A stretch of DNA of 64,000 nucleotides from Octopus sinensis (taxonomy: Eukaryota). How positions within the stretch are numbered: position 1 is the stretch's first letter; the number at the start of each line of letters is the position of its first letter. Positions 14,794 through 28,545 of this stretch are shown piece by piece. The translations under genes and the position numbers were made by a program. The notes beneath the pieces are model-generated. The model was not told where the DNA came from, made no database searches, and saw only the letters and a program-made list of their open reading frames with translations. The stretch is taken from contig NC_043008.1 of NCBI RefSeq assembly GCF_006345805.1, positions 32,922,001 through 32,986,000 on the forward strand, read 5' to 3'.

Positions 14794-14885
14794 ATTCCGT
14801 CACGCTGCCTTCAATGTACTTCTTGGGCGAAGGAAAACTACCCGACGCCACAGTGCCGGACAAATCGAACATGTTTATATTGGCG
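14794..14885 (+). CDS. Exon: helical linker before CBD1, (R)[30 protein letters not shown]
   Basis: Long pyrimidine tract then ccatcAG|; donor G|GTaact; GC-richer than flanks; R-x2-A-x5-G-x6-RH spacing matches NCX1 RIQATRLMTGAGNILKRH. Confidence 0.8.
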
Positions 14886-16991
14886 GTAACTATCAGGATT
14901 TCCTTTCAAATTTCTTTACAAATCACCTTGTATTTTAATTTTCCTTTATCTCTGTATTGCTTTTGCATTCAAATTATTCCAGTTTATTAAAATTTAATCA
15001 AATTGCTGTTAACATATCTAATGCATGAAACATTTCAAACCTAATGAAGACTATATATGTAAAGAGAAAAATATAATGTTAGTCAATGATTAAAAATATA
15101 TTCAGATTTTTCTTCTTTCTTTTTACCAATAAGGTAAATAACTTTGAATTTGTTTATGCCTTATTGTAACCTCATTATTATAGAAAGGTTGACAAGTAAA
15201 CATAGTCAATGTAAAGAAATCAGCAAGTACAATGAAGATCATTCTAATAGTGATATTTTAGCTTGTTAGCTTATAATTGGTTTTACATTAAGTATATTAA
15301 CACTAGCTGACCTTTTGTTTCTCATATATCCACCCATATGGTGTTTTGATATTTTTTTTCTCTACTCTCTGAATAAATGTAGTTTTTCTACACCAATCAA
15401 TGCTCAAATTATAGTTTCTCAGTGATACTTTCATTACAACTGTGGCAAGTATGACGAAGTTTATGCTTCAATAATGCATTCATAATATGATTGTATTATA
15501 ACCAAAGTTATTTGTCATCCTTGTTGGAAAATTCGAAAGAATTATACTTCACATTAGCTAATATTGTCTTTATTCTCACAACGAATATATATTAATCATT
15601 AAGCTTTTGATGTTCCATACATTAAATATGTTAATACTAATATATTATATTTAGAGAAAATAATATGTTAATATTCACACATTATTTTTCAAGTTGATGA
15701 CTTATTTAACTAATACTTATATACAATTAATAGCTTTTACAATGAAAGCATTTTTAGTTCATTTTAAGTGTTATAAACATAATGTCCACTGTTGTTCACA
15801 TTTATTTATCTTTTGTTGAATATTTTGTTATTTATGTTTCTTTTATCTTGTTGTTGTTGTTATTATTATTGTTATTATTATTATTATCATTAACTAAGAT
15901 GGCAAATTAGCAGAACCGTTAGCATGCTGGACAATATGTTTAATGGCATTTAATCCATCTTTACATTCTGAGCTCAAATTCTGCTGAAGTCATTTTGCCT
16001 TTCAACCTTTCAGGGTTGAATAAAATAAATACCAGTTGAGTACTGGGGTCAATGTATTCAACTTATTCCTGCCCTCGAAGTTGCTGGCCTTGTGCCAAAA
16101 TTTGAAACCATTATTATTATTATTATTATCATTATGAAGGCAGTAAGCTGGCAGAATCATTAGCATGCTGGGCAAAATTCTTAATGGTATTTTACCTATC
16201 TTTACATTCCAAGTTCAAATTCTGCCAAGGTTGACTTTACTTTTTATCCTTTCAGGGTGAATAAATTAAGTACCAGTGAAACACTGGGGTCGATGTAATT
16301 GATTAGTCCCCTCCCCAAAAATTTTGGGCTGTGTGCCTTTAGTAAAAAGTATTATTATTACTATGGGTGGTGAATTGATAGAAACAATAGTGTTGAACTA
16401 AATGCCTTCTGATATTTAGTTACAATCCTTTAAATTCTGATTACAAATCCCAACTAGGTATATTTTGTCCCTTTCCTATTTACAGGATCATTAAAATAAA
16501 GTACCAGCCAGTGAAGCACTAATGTCAATGTACCTGGCTGCACCCAACCCATGAAATTCTTGGCTTTTGTCCATATTAGGAATCATTATTAAAAGACTAT
16601 TATTGATTATTTACCTTTGGGAAAGTTTGGAAGAAATACATAACACTTAAAGAGTGAAATTTCTGATGAACATATTGTTCATGAAAGCTTAGCTGTGAGC
16701 TTAGTGCTGTCTATGTTGTCCCCAAGGATTATTACACAATAGTTTATATACATAGACAGATGTTGTTGATGTCTTTAGCTTCTGTGTCAAATGAAAGAAA
16801 CAATTACAGAAATCGCAGAATCATTAGAATGTTGGAAAAATGCCTTATGGTATTTCTTCAAACACTTCACATTCTGAGTTTTGTTGTTATTGTATTTTGG
16901 CAGATATAATTCAAATGCATCCCTGTGAAAGATTTGAATTACCTTCTTCCTATATTTAATGAAAAAACAAGGATACTGTTTCAAATACCCT

Positions 16992-17027
<36 letters not shown>

Positions 17028-17475
17028 ATATAATATATATATATATATATATATAGTATAAATATATATATATATATATATATATAGTATATAATATATA
17101 TTATATATATAATATATATATATAGTATATAATATATATATATATATATAGTTATATATATATATATATATATATAGTATATAATATATAATATATATAG
17201 TATATAATATATATATTATATATATAGTATATAATATATATATATATATATAGTATAAATATATATATTATATATATATAGTATATAATATATATATATA
17301 TAGTATATAATTATATATATATATATATATATAGTAATAATATATATATATATATATAGTATATAATATATATATATATATATATATTATAGTATATAAT
17401 ATATAATATATAGAATAGTATATAATATATATATATATATAGTATATAATATATATATATATAGTACATAAATAT

Positions 17476-17509
<34 letters not shown>

Positions 17510-17511
17510 AG

Positions 17512-17570
<59 letters not shown>

Positions 17571-17746
17571 TATAATATATATATATATATAATTATTAAT
17601 ATATATATATATATATTAGTATATAATATTATATATATATATAGTAGTATATAATATATATATATATATATAGTATATATATATAATAATATATAAGTAT
17701 AATATATATATATATAGTATATAATATATATATATATATATACTAG

Positions 17747-17796
<50 letters not shown>

Positions 17797-19629
17797 TATA
17801 ATATATTATATATATAGTATATAATATATATATATAGTATATAATATATATATATATATAGTATATAATATATATATATTATATATATAGTATATAAATA
17901 TATTATATAGTATATAATATATATATATATAGTATATAAATATATATATATATATAGTATATAATATATATATATATATCTATTATATATATAGTATATA
18001 AATATATATATATAATATAGTATATAATATATATATATATAGTATAATATATATATATATATATATATAATAGTATATATATATATATATATATAGTATA
18101 TAATATTATATATATATATATATATAAGTATATATATATATATATATATATAGTATATAAATATTATATATATAGTATATATATATAGATATATAAATAT
18201 AGTATATTAATATATATATATAATATATATAATATAGTATATAATATAATCTATATATAGTATATAATATATATATATATATATAGTATATAATATATAT
18301 ATATATATATAATATATATATAGTATATAATATATATATATATATATATATATTAGTATAATATATATATATATAGTATAATTAATATATATATATATAT
18401 AGTATTAATATATATATGTATATAATATATATATATATATATATAGTATAAATTATATATATATAGTATATAATATATATATATATATATAGTATATAAT
18501 ATATATATATATATATATAGTATAATAATATATATATAGTAATAATATATATATATATGTATATAATATATAATATATATATATATATAAGTATATAATA
18601 TAATATATTTTTATTATAGTATAGAATATAATATATATATATAGTATAAATAATATAGTATTAATATAATATATAATATATATATTATTATATATAATAT
18701 ATATATGTACATTATATATAAAAAATATATAATATAATATATATATTATATATAATATATATATGTACATTATAATATAAAAATATATAATATAATATAT
18801 ATAATAATATTATATATAATATATATATTATTATATATATATATAATTGTACTATATATAAAAAATATATAATATAATATATATAATATTAATATAATAT
18901 ATATATTATTATATATAATATATTGTATATTATATACATGATATATATAATATATATAGTATTATTATTATATACATGATATATATAATATATTTGTACA
19001 TTATATATAAAAAATATATAATATATATATGTATATTATATATATAACATATATAAACTATATATATAATATATATATACGTATACTATATATAATATAT
19101 ATATAACAATATATATATGTGTATTATATATATAACATATATATAATAATATTATATGTATATTATATATAAACTATATATAATATATATATAACATATA
19201 TATATATATGTATATTATATAAATGATCTTTGTTACTTATTCTGTTTACCTAACTTGGAATCTGCACTTCGGAGGTACTATAGAAAGTACCTTTATATAT
19301 AAAAAAATATATAAAGTACATGTCTGAATTACCGAGAGCACATATCTTCACTTAGCTGGGTTGCGTTCTCTGCACACCTGGCAGGAATATTAGGTACAAA
19401 CACCCCTACACAGAGTCTTGATATTCAATATTGAAATAATATTGTTGAAGTGTACGGAATATACTGAACTAACAAGGTACCTCAATTTAAGTGCTTAATT
19501 CAACTGAATCTTTATTATATATATATAGATATATATATAGATAGTAGATATATAAAATGAATATAATCTAATATGATATATAGAATATATATATTATATA
19601 TACACATAATATACATATATATATATATA

Positions 19630-19702
<73 letters not shown>

Positions 19703-22700
19703 TCACTATTTGATTGTTTGAAGAACAAAGAGAGTCTTCCTTCCTCCTGGCAGCCGTTTTATGGAATTCTTAGAGGAATTCTTTCCTATGGAATATGTTA
19801 CCTTACCATGATATGAAGAAATAGTTTGTTGTTTTAGACTGGCCCTTTCATGAAGAGACCCTCAATGGTGTTGTACCTATGGTGCTATATTTATTGTTAC
19901 AAGTGGGTTGGCTGAATCATTAAAGCATCAAATAAATGTCTTGCAGTATTTAATTACAGCCCTTTCTTTCTTGGGTTCAATTCCCACCTAGATTGATTTT
20001 TCTCCTCATTCTTCTGGGGTTGATAAAATAAGTACCAGTGAAGATACTTATTTTATTGACTTTCCTCACAAAAACTTGGCCATGTGTCTATATATGAAGT
20101 CAGTATTACTGTTTTTTTTTTTTTTCTTCAATAGAAAAAGTTTCTGCACAAAGAATTAAAATAGTTATTGTTTGGGAGAATGCATGGGAATTAATTGAAC
20201 TGATGATGAAGGAGTTCACAATATACAAACACTATATGACAAGCACTGCGGGCGCATGCACGCACATACATATACATGTATATACACACACACTCACACA
20301 CATGCATATGTATAAACACAAGAAAGAAAACAATTATAACTAAGCCCATAAGAATTAACTCACTGCTTCTAAATGTAGCTAGCTTCAAAAATGGAATACA
20401 AAATAGCTGCACCAACCCATTGCTGCTAGAGCCAATAAGCTTATAATGTACTTAACAGTAAGTAAAACACACATTAGACAAAACATCACCATCACCTTTA
20501 ACATGGCATAGATTCATAAACTAATTGCTTTTTTAACTTGCCAGCATCTTGATTGTATTGTGCATTGTTTAATTATTACTATTATTATTCAGAATACTAT
20601 AGTTTATATGAAACATTCTGAAAAAGAGTAACAGAGTTTAAGAAAGCCTCTACAGGGGGCAAGTTGGAAATAGGGGATTGAAAATTGATACAAAGCAAGT
20701 ACAATGGTTTATACCCTATTACCTTTTATTTCAATTTTTATTTATTGTAAAATAATGTTGTTTTAATCTGTGCAAAACAGAGCTAACTTGTCATACATTT
20801 TTTTGATAATGGACTTGTAAATTCAAAATATCAAAATAAAAGGTAAAAGTGTAATCCATTGTTCTTGTTTGGTTTTGATTGTGTTCTCTTTTCATTCCTT
20901 TAATTCTGACTTGCGACTTGCATTGTAATGGCTTTCTCAAACACTATTACTTTATTTTTATGGATTGGCAGAATTGTTAAAACGTCTAGCTGTAATTGTT
21001 CCAGCTCTTTATGTTCTAATATCAATTTCCACCGAGGTCAACTTTGCCTTTCATCCTACTGAGGTTGATGAAATAAAGTGCCAGTCAAGTACTGGGGTTG
21101 ATATAATCAACTTTTCTCTTCCCTTTCACCTAATGTTTGGCCTTTTACCTATGTCAGAAATCATTATTAATATTTCTTTGTTTTGCTATCCAATATACTT
21201 TTTTGTGATTGTTTTTGTACTGTTATGTATATGTATATATATATATTTGCCATACATGTGTTGGCAGTGTTTTTGTGTCTTATCATTGTTATTTTGTTTG
21301 TGCCACAAAGGCCATTCACATAAATGGTTAGATCTCATGTACATGAAAGGATGGTCACCTAACAAAGGAGTGAGTTCAGGTAAGCTATGTCACCAAAATA
21401 CTTTAGGCACCATCAACGTTGTAGAATTGAACACGGAACCAACCCTTTATATCTATCTCTTTCATAAGTAAATTAATTAATTAATTACTCTATCAGTCAA
21501 ACAATTAGTCAAATAGTAATACTATCTATCTATCTGTATCTATTCATCTATTTTATTTCTCTCTTGACCTCAAGGTATTATATAGAAGGATGGTGAAAAG
21601 ACAAATGTAAGAATCTTGGTAGAGATGAAATATCAGTTAATATCTGCTACAGGCACTCAGTTGTGTTTTTAGACAAGATACATAAGTATCTCAGATAAAC
21701 AGTAGTCAAATATTTGCCATATGTTCTGTATTGACATTATTCTAAGACCAGTGGATGATGACTAAATCAATAAACTGCATACCATAACAGTCTCAGCTGT
21801 TGCTTTGTATTGATACCAAAGCACTCAAGTCTCATTGATTCAACCAAACTAGCAGTAAATTGGTACCATGAGATAGATACTAGTTTTTGTAGTTAAGATG
21901 GGAACATTGCCTATTTAAAGAGTTCTTTACTAGCTTACTATGTAATATCAAAGTCATCCAATAAGGATCTGTTTCAAAAAAGAACAATGAAAAATATTCC
22001 AGTCTATTCATTTCAAGAAAATTCTATAAACACTTTTCTCCAAGATCACCAGACCCTGAGATTAAATCACTGACTAATTTATCTAAATTGTAATGTCACT
22101 TGGATGAAGCTCTGATTTTCTGTTGATTTGGACAGTTGTATAGAAGTATTTATCTGTGTATCACACCATGATGATTATGATGCAGGATTAGTTGGAATGG
22201 TAGAAGTTGAAATAATAATTTTTATATCTAATTGGTCAAATTCAAAACTGTTAATCTGGTGATATATTTATCACACATATTGCCTGAATGGTTCAACTAC
22301 TTCTGGTACTTAGATGTAGTAAGATTTAAGGTCCTGATAACAACTAATGCTAATTACAGCATGCTAGTCATTATATTTTTGATTGGCCTTTCTTTACTTG
22401 ATTAGAAGTTCATGTTGAGCTAAAGACCATAATCTTTTTTATTATTCCTTTACAAATTTCAAAGAGCGGAGTAAGTTTTAAGCCATAAAGGAAAAAGTGT
22501 TCTAGTGTCTTTGATAGAACCCATTGTCAGGGGGAAAGAAGTGCCCATTGTTAAAGCATTCTGCATTACTTTTTACTGTTACAAAACATCACTACTTTAC
22601 TCAAGCTCAGCTGTTTTACCCTCTCAGCTAAAGGACTTGAAAAAAATCTTTAATTGTGAATGTTTCAGTGCAATTTACTCTGTACAATAATATTTACACT

Positions 22701-23274
22701 TGCTAACATAGATTTCAATGAGACAAAAACTTGTCACTCATCAATTTTCATAAGAAGAACATGTTGGATTTTTTCTAATATAACATAGTGTATCCATGAC
22801 AGTATTATCCAATGAGGAGAGTCAGGTGTAGTTTGTGGGAAATTTTATTAATATTTCTCACCAGTTGGGTGGTTGTGGAGACCAGGCCCGGAAGGCATTT
22901 TGTTTAAGAAGCAAGCTACGTGAGACTTGGCTCATCATCAGGTGAACTGCACTACTATAAAAAGTGAAGCTAATTTTTCATTAGATGAACCATTTTGAAA
23001 CTCCAACAGGTAGCAGGTTGTGCATGATTTGTGTAAACACTCTGCCACTAGCCTGTAAACAACATAGCTAAATTGTTAAATTAAACTTAAATGCAAATCA
23101 TAGCTACTGCAAACAGCTATACATATTAAGGCAGGATTGATATTTGTATTAAATTGTTAGTAGTTGAGGCTAGTATATGAAGATGTTCCATAATTTGAAC
23201 AGAGGACAATGAGAAAATTTTCACAATAATTTTAGACCTCATGTAATTACGAGTGTGTATATATATATGTGTGG

Positions 23275-23314
<40 letters not shown>

Positions 23315-23334
23315 ATAATATATATATATATAAT

Positions 23335-23366
<32 letters not shown>

Positions 23367-26300
23367 ATATATATATATATATATAAAGGTTTTAGTTTAG
23401 TTTTAGTTTTGGCTTAGTTTAACTGAAATTCTAGAGAATTTCAATAGAGACAAGAAAGTTTATCAATCTACTTTCTGGATAACTCACGCAAAGTTGTGGA
23501 ATGTCAGAATTGATACAGTGATGAGCAAAATGGCATTGGTTTCTTTACGTTCAGATATCAAAATACACTGAGGTCAATCCTGCCTTTCCTTCTTCTAGAC
23601 ACCATAAAATACCAGTTGGCTACTGAGGGTTGATCTAATCAGCTAAGATCCTTCCATGTCAGAAAGAATATCTTTACTATAAATACTCAAGTGCACTTTT
23701 ACCACCTCCTTATATCAGTTATTGTCATATGTCTTATTTCTCAATATCAGTGCTTTGTTATTGTGTGCGTGTGTGTGCATTGTAGATATGTGTTTATTTA
23801 CTTGTTATAATCCATTTATAAATAATCTGTAGAATGTGCATAATTGTATATAATATATAAATGCACACACATGTATATACATGTATAACTGTAAATAGAA
23901 ATATGTGTATGTGTATATATATATTATTCTGAAACAAAAATGTTGTTGACAGTGACTTTGTAGTTTCACCCACCTAACCCATCATCAGACTATCAACAAC
24001 ATTATTGCTTAATAATAAATTTGTATGCTACAAAAGTATAGAGTAACCCATCAACCTAGTCTATATTTGTTTTTATTGTAACAGACCATAAGGTAAGCTG
24101 GCAGAATCATTAGCATGCCACTAAGCCAAAAAGCTTAGTGGCATTTCATCTGCCTTTATGTTCTAAGTTCAAATGCTGCCAGGGTCAATTTTGCTTTTCA
24201 TCCTTTTATGGTCAATAAAATAATTACCAGTTGAACACTGGAGTTGATGTAATTGATTTACCCACTTACCTGATATTGCTGGCCTTGTGCCAAAATTTGA
24301 AATCATTGTAACTGAACAGAAAAGTAAAGATATATATAAAATTGTATAAATATATACATATGTATAAATATTTATATGTATTGGGTCATCTCATAAATAA
24401 TGCAGCTTTTTCAATTGCATGAACTAAAAGTCAGAGGGGGATGTGATAAACTACCTGTATCAACTTGCTATAAAAGCAGGTAGTAATTTTACCTTGTCCT
24501 TATTCTTAGTGCAAGTTTTGAAGAGTGCACTTCGATTTTAACAGTTATTTTTTCAAAGCTAAAATGGAAGTAACAAACGAGTATATTTGGAATATATTTT
24601 GCTTTATGAGTTCAATAAAGGTAACACCACAATGGAAAGTGCAAGGAATATTAATACAGTATATAGGGATCAGACAACGAGCATAAGCCAGTGTCAGTGG
24701 TGGTTCCAGAAAGCCTGAGCCAGAAACTACAGCCTAGAAGATGATCCTTGTCCTGTAAGATCTGCAGAGCTCAACAAGGACATCCTGCAAACCCTGGTGG
24801 AACAAAATCTTATCGTAACTGGTGAGAAACTAGCAGAGAAGCTTGAATTTGGTCGTTCAACCATTCATCAACACCAGCGTGCCATCAGAAAAGTCAGCAA
24901 ATTGAGTCAATGGGTTCTCATAAACTTTCCAAGTCTAATTGCGCACAGAAGGTAAATGTATGCTCTTCTTTGCTGTCATGTCTCATAAATGAACCTTTTT
25001 AAACCAAATAGTGACTGGTGATAAGAAATGGGTTCTCTATCAAAATGTCAAGTGCCAAAGACAATGTGTAGGGAAAGGAGAAACACCAGCACCCCAAGCT
25101 AAAGGTCTTCACCCATGTAAGGTGATGTTATCTGTTTGGTGGGATATGAAAGGTTTAGTCCACTTTGAACTTTTAAACTCAAACCAAACAATAACAAATG
25201 AGTTCTACTATAAACAGCTTGAGCAGTTTAAGTCATCACTAGAAGGAAAACGACCATCTTTGGTTTCAAGTGGAAAGGTGTTTTTTCCATCAGGACAATG
25301 CTCAACCACTTACAGCAAGATGACATTCCAAAGGCTGGAGCAGTTTGAATGAGAAACGATACCTCACCCACTATATTTGCTGGACATTGCTCCATCTGAT
25401 TATCATTTGGACAGAAAACATATGAATTCTGTAGACGAGGTCAGAACAGTACTGGAGGAGTATTTTTCATCACAGACAAGTGAATTTTAGAAGAGGGGCC
25501 TTGCAAGCCTACCAGATAGGTGGAAGAGCATTGTAGAAAATGAGAGAGAGTGAGTATATTTTAGATTAAAAAGAACTTTGTTTATCTTAATTTTGAAAAA
25601 TAAAAGAAGTGTAAAAAACACATTATTTATAGGATGACTCGATATTTATGTATATACATATTTCTGTTTATATATATATATCTGTGTGTTTGTAAATAAA
25701 TATGTGTATGTGTGTGTGTGTGTGTGTTTTTATAAAGACTGCAAGATATAGTTATATTAAGATATCTATAGACATAGAAAGCTTTTACAAGAATCTTAAG
25801 ATATATATGTAAATATGTAAATGTAAACAATATGTTCAAATAAGTATGTACATAGTATGAAATTAATTATAGCTAACTTATATACACATGTATATGCATG
25901 TACACATATATATATATATATTTATATATGCATAACTGTATATAAAAGTTTCTATGGTGTTTGCAGATGTGTGGGTTGTTTTTTTGGCATGCATTTTACA
26001 CGCGTGTTATGCATTCATATATTGTATTATAATACATATACATACATATATCATATATATATATAAATATATATATAAATATATATATAAATAATATTAT
26101 ATATAAATATATATTATTATATATAATAAGATATATATATATATTATATAATATTATATATATATATATATATATATAGATATACTTATGTGCATAGATA
26201 TATATGTGTGTGTATACAATATATATATATATGTATTATATATATGAATGATGTACTTTGGTTGTGTCTAGTTATTTTCCTCTTCACTCCTTTTGTTAGT

Positions 26301-26566
26301 GTTTATGTGTTTCTGTGTTTCTTGTGTGCTGTGAACTACATTTTAATAACTTTCCCTGTTTTAAATCACACGTATCACTATTTTCCTTTTCCAACCTTGC
26401 ACGTTTGAAGATGATTGTCAAGGTAAGATCTGTGACTATGAAGCACAGAATCATTGTTTTTTAATTCATCTCTCTCGCTCTCTCGCTCTCTCTTCTCTCT
26501 CTCTCTTTCTCTCTCCTCATATGCATTAATATCTATATATGTGCATATGTGGTATATATATATATT

Positions 26567-26617
<51 letters not shown>

Positions 26618-27252
26618 TATATATAATATAGAAAATAATTTAGATATAAATATATAATACACACATTGAAAAACATATTTTCCATATCTATATATATATA
26701 TATATATATACCAGAGTAAAAACTTAAATGTGAAACAAGGTAGGAAAAAAGAGTACTCAAATACCAGGGGTAGAGTAATATGCTTTATTTAAAAGCAGCA
26801 GAAATTCAACAAAGGCCTGTTACTCTGAGTTTTACGTTCCCGTTCGTTTGAGTTTCCCGTTCCCGTTCGTTGGACAGTTTTTGTTCATTCAGACAGTTTT
26901 GTTAAAAAACTGTCTGACAAACAAATCTGTCCAACGAACGGGAACGGGAAACTCAAACTAACAGGTTTTGTTGAATTTCTGCTGCTTTTAAATAAGTATA
27001 TAATATGTATATATATTGTATATATATATGATATATATATATATTATTATTATAGATATTATATATATATATATATATCTTATAATTTATATATATATTA
27101 TGTATATATATATGTATATAATATGTAGATATATAGGTAGATATATGTATATATATATGTATATATATATGTATATAGTATATTATATAATATGTATATA
27201 TATGTTTTATATATGTATATATGAATTATGTATGTATATATATATATGTAGT

Positions 27253-27283
<31 letters not shown>

Positions 27284-27493
27284 GTATATATAGATATATA
27301 GTAGTTAATATATATATTATATGTATTATATATTATCTGTATATATATATATGTATAGATATATATATATATATATAGGTATATATATATGTATATATGT
27401 ATATATATATTATATTATATGAGATAAATATATATATGTATGTATAGTATATGTATATTAATATATATGGATAGATATATATATAGATGTATG

Positions 27494-27529
<36 letters not shown>

Positions 27530-27621
27530 ATGTATATATTAATATCTATATGTATGTATATATATTTATATATATGTATGATATATATGTATATATATAT
27601 GTATATATATAGATATATATA

Positions 27622-27665
<44 letters not shown>

Positions 27666-27879
27666 GTTATATATATATATGTGGGTATATATATATATAT
27701 ATATGTATATATAGTATATATTATATATATGTATATATATATATATATGTGTATATATATTTATATATATTATATATAATATATGTGTATATATATATAT
27801 ATCTGTATCTATATATATTATATATTAGTATATATATATATATTATATGTGTATATATTATATATATATATATATGTGT

Positions 27880-27924
<45 letters not shown>

Positions 27925-28094
27925 TATGTGTATATATATATATATATATGTGTGTAATATATATATATATATATGTATATATATACATATATAATGTATA
28001 TATATAGATATATATGTGTGATATATATATATATATGTATATATATATATGGTAATATATATAATATATATGTGTGTATAGTATATATTATATG

Positions 28095-28132
<38 letters not shown>

Positions 28133-28456
28133 TGTGTATATTATATATATGTGTGTGTATATATATATATATAATATATATATGTATATATATATTATGT
28201 GTATATATATATATGTTAGATATAATAATATATATGTGGATATCTATATATATAGGATATTATCTATATATATTGTAGATATATATCTATATATGTGTAA
28301 TTATATATATATATAGTATATATAGATATATATGGTAAATATTATATATATATATGTATGTTATATATAATATATATATGTATATATATATATATATATG
28401 TTATATATATATATATATATATATCTATGTCTATATATATATATATATATGTATAG

Positions 28457-28490
<34 letters not shown>

Positions 28491-28500
28491 GATATATATG

Positions 28501-28545
<45 letters not shown>

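Noticed and set aside
21600-22340. Possible old LINE relic (RSPDPEI); similar hint TGPDGIK at ~38275
   Set aside because: Only a single short motif each; too decayed to call.
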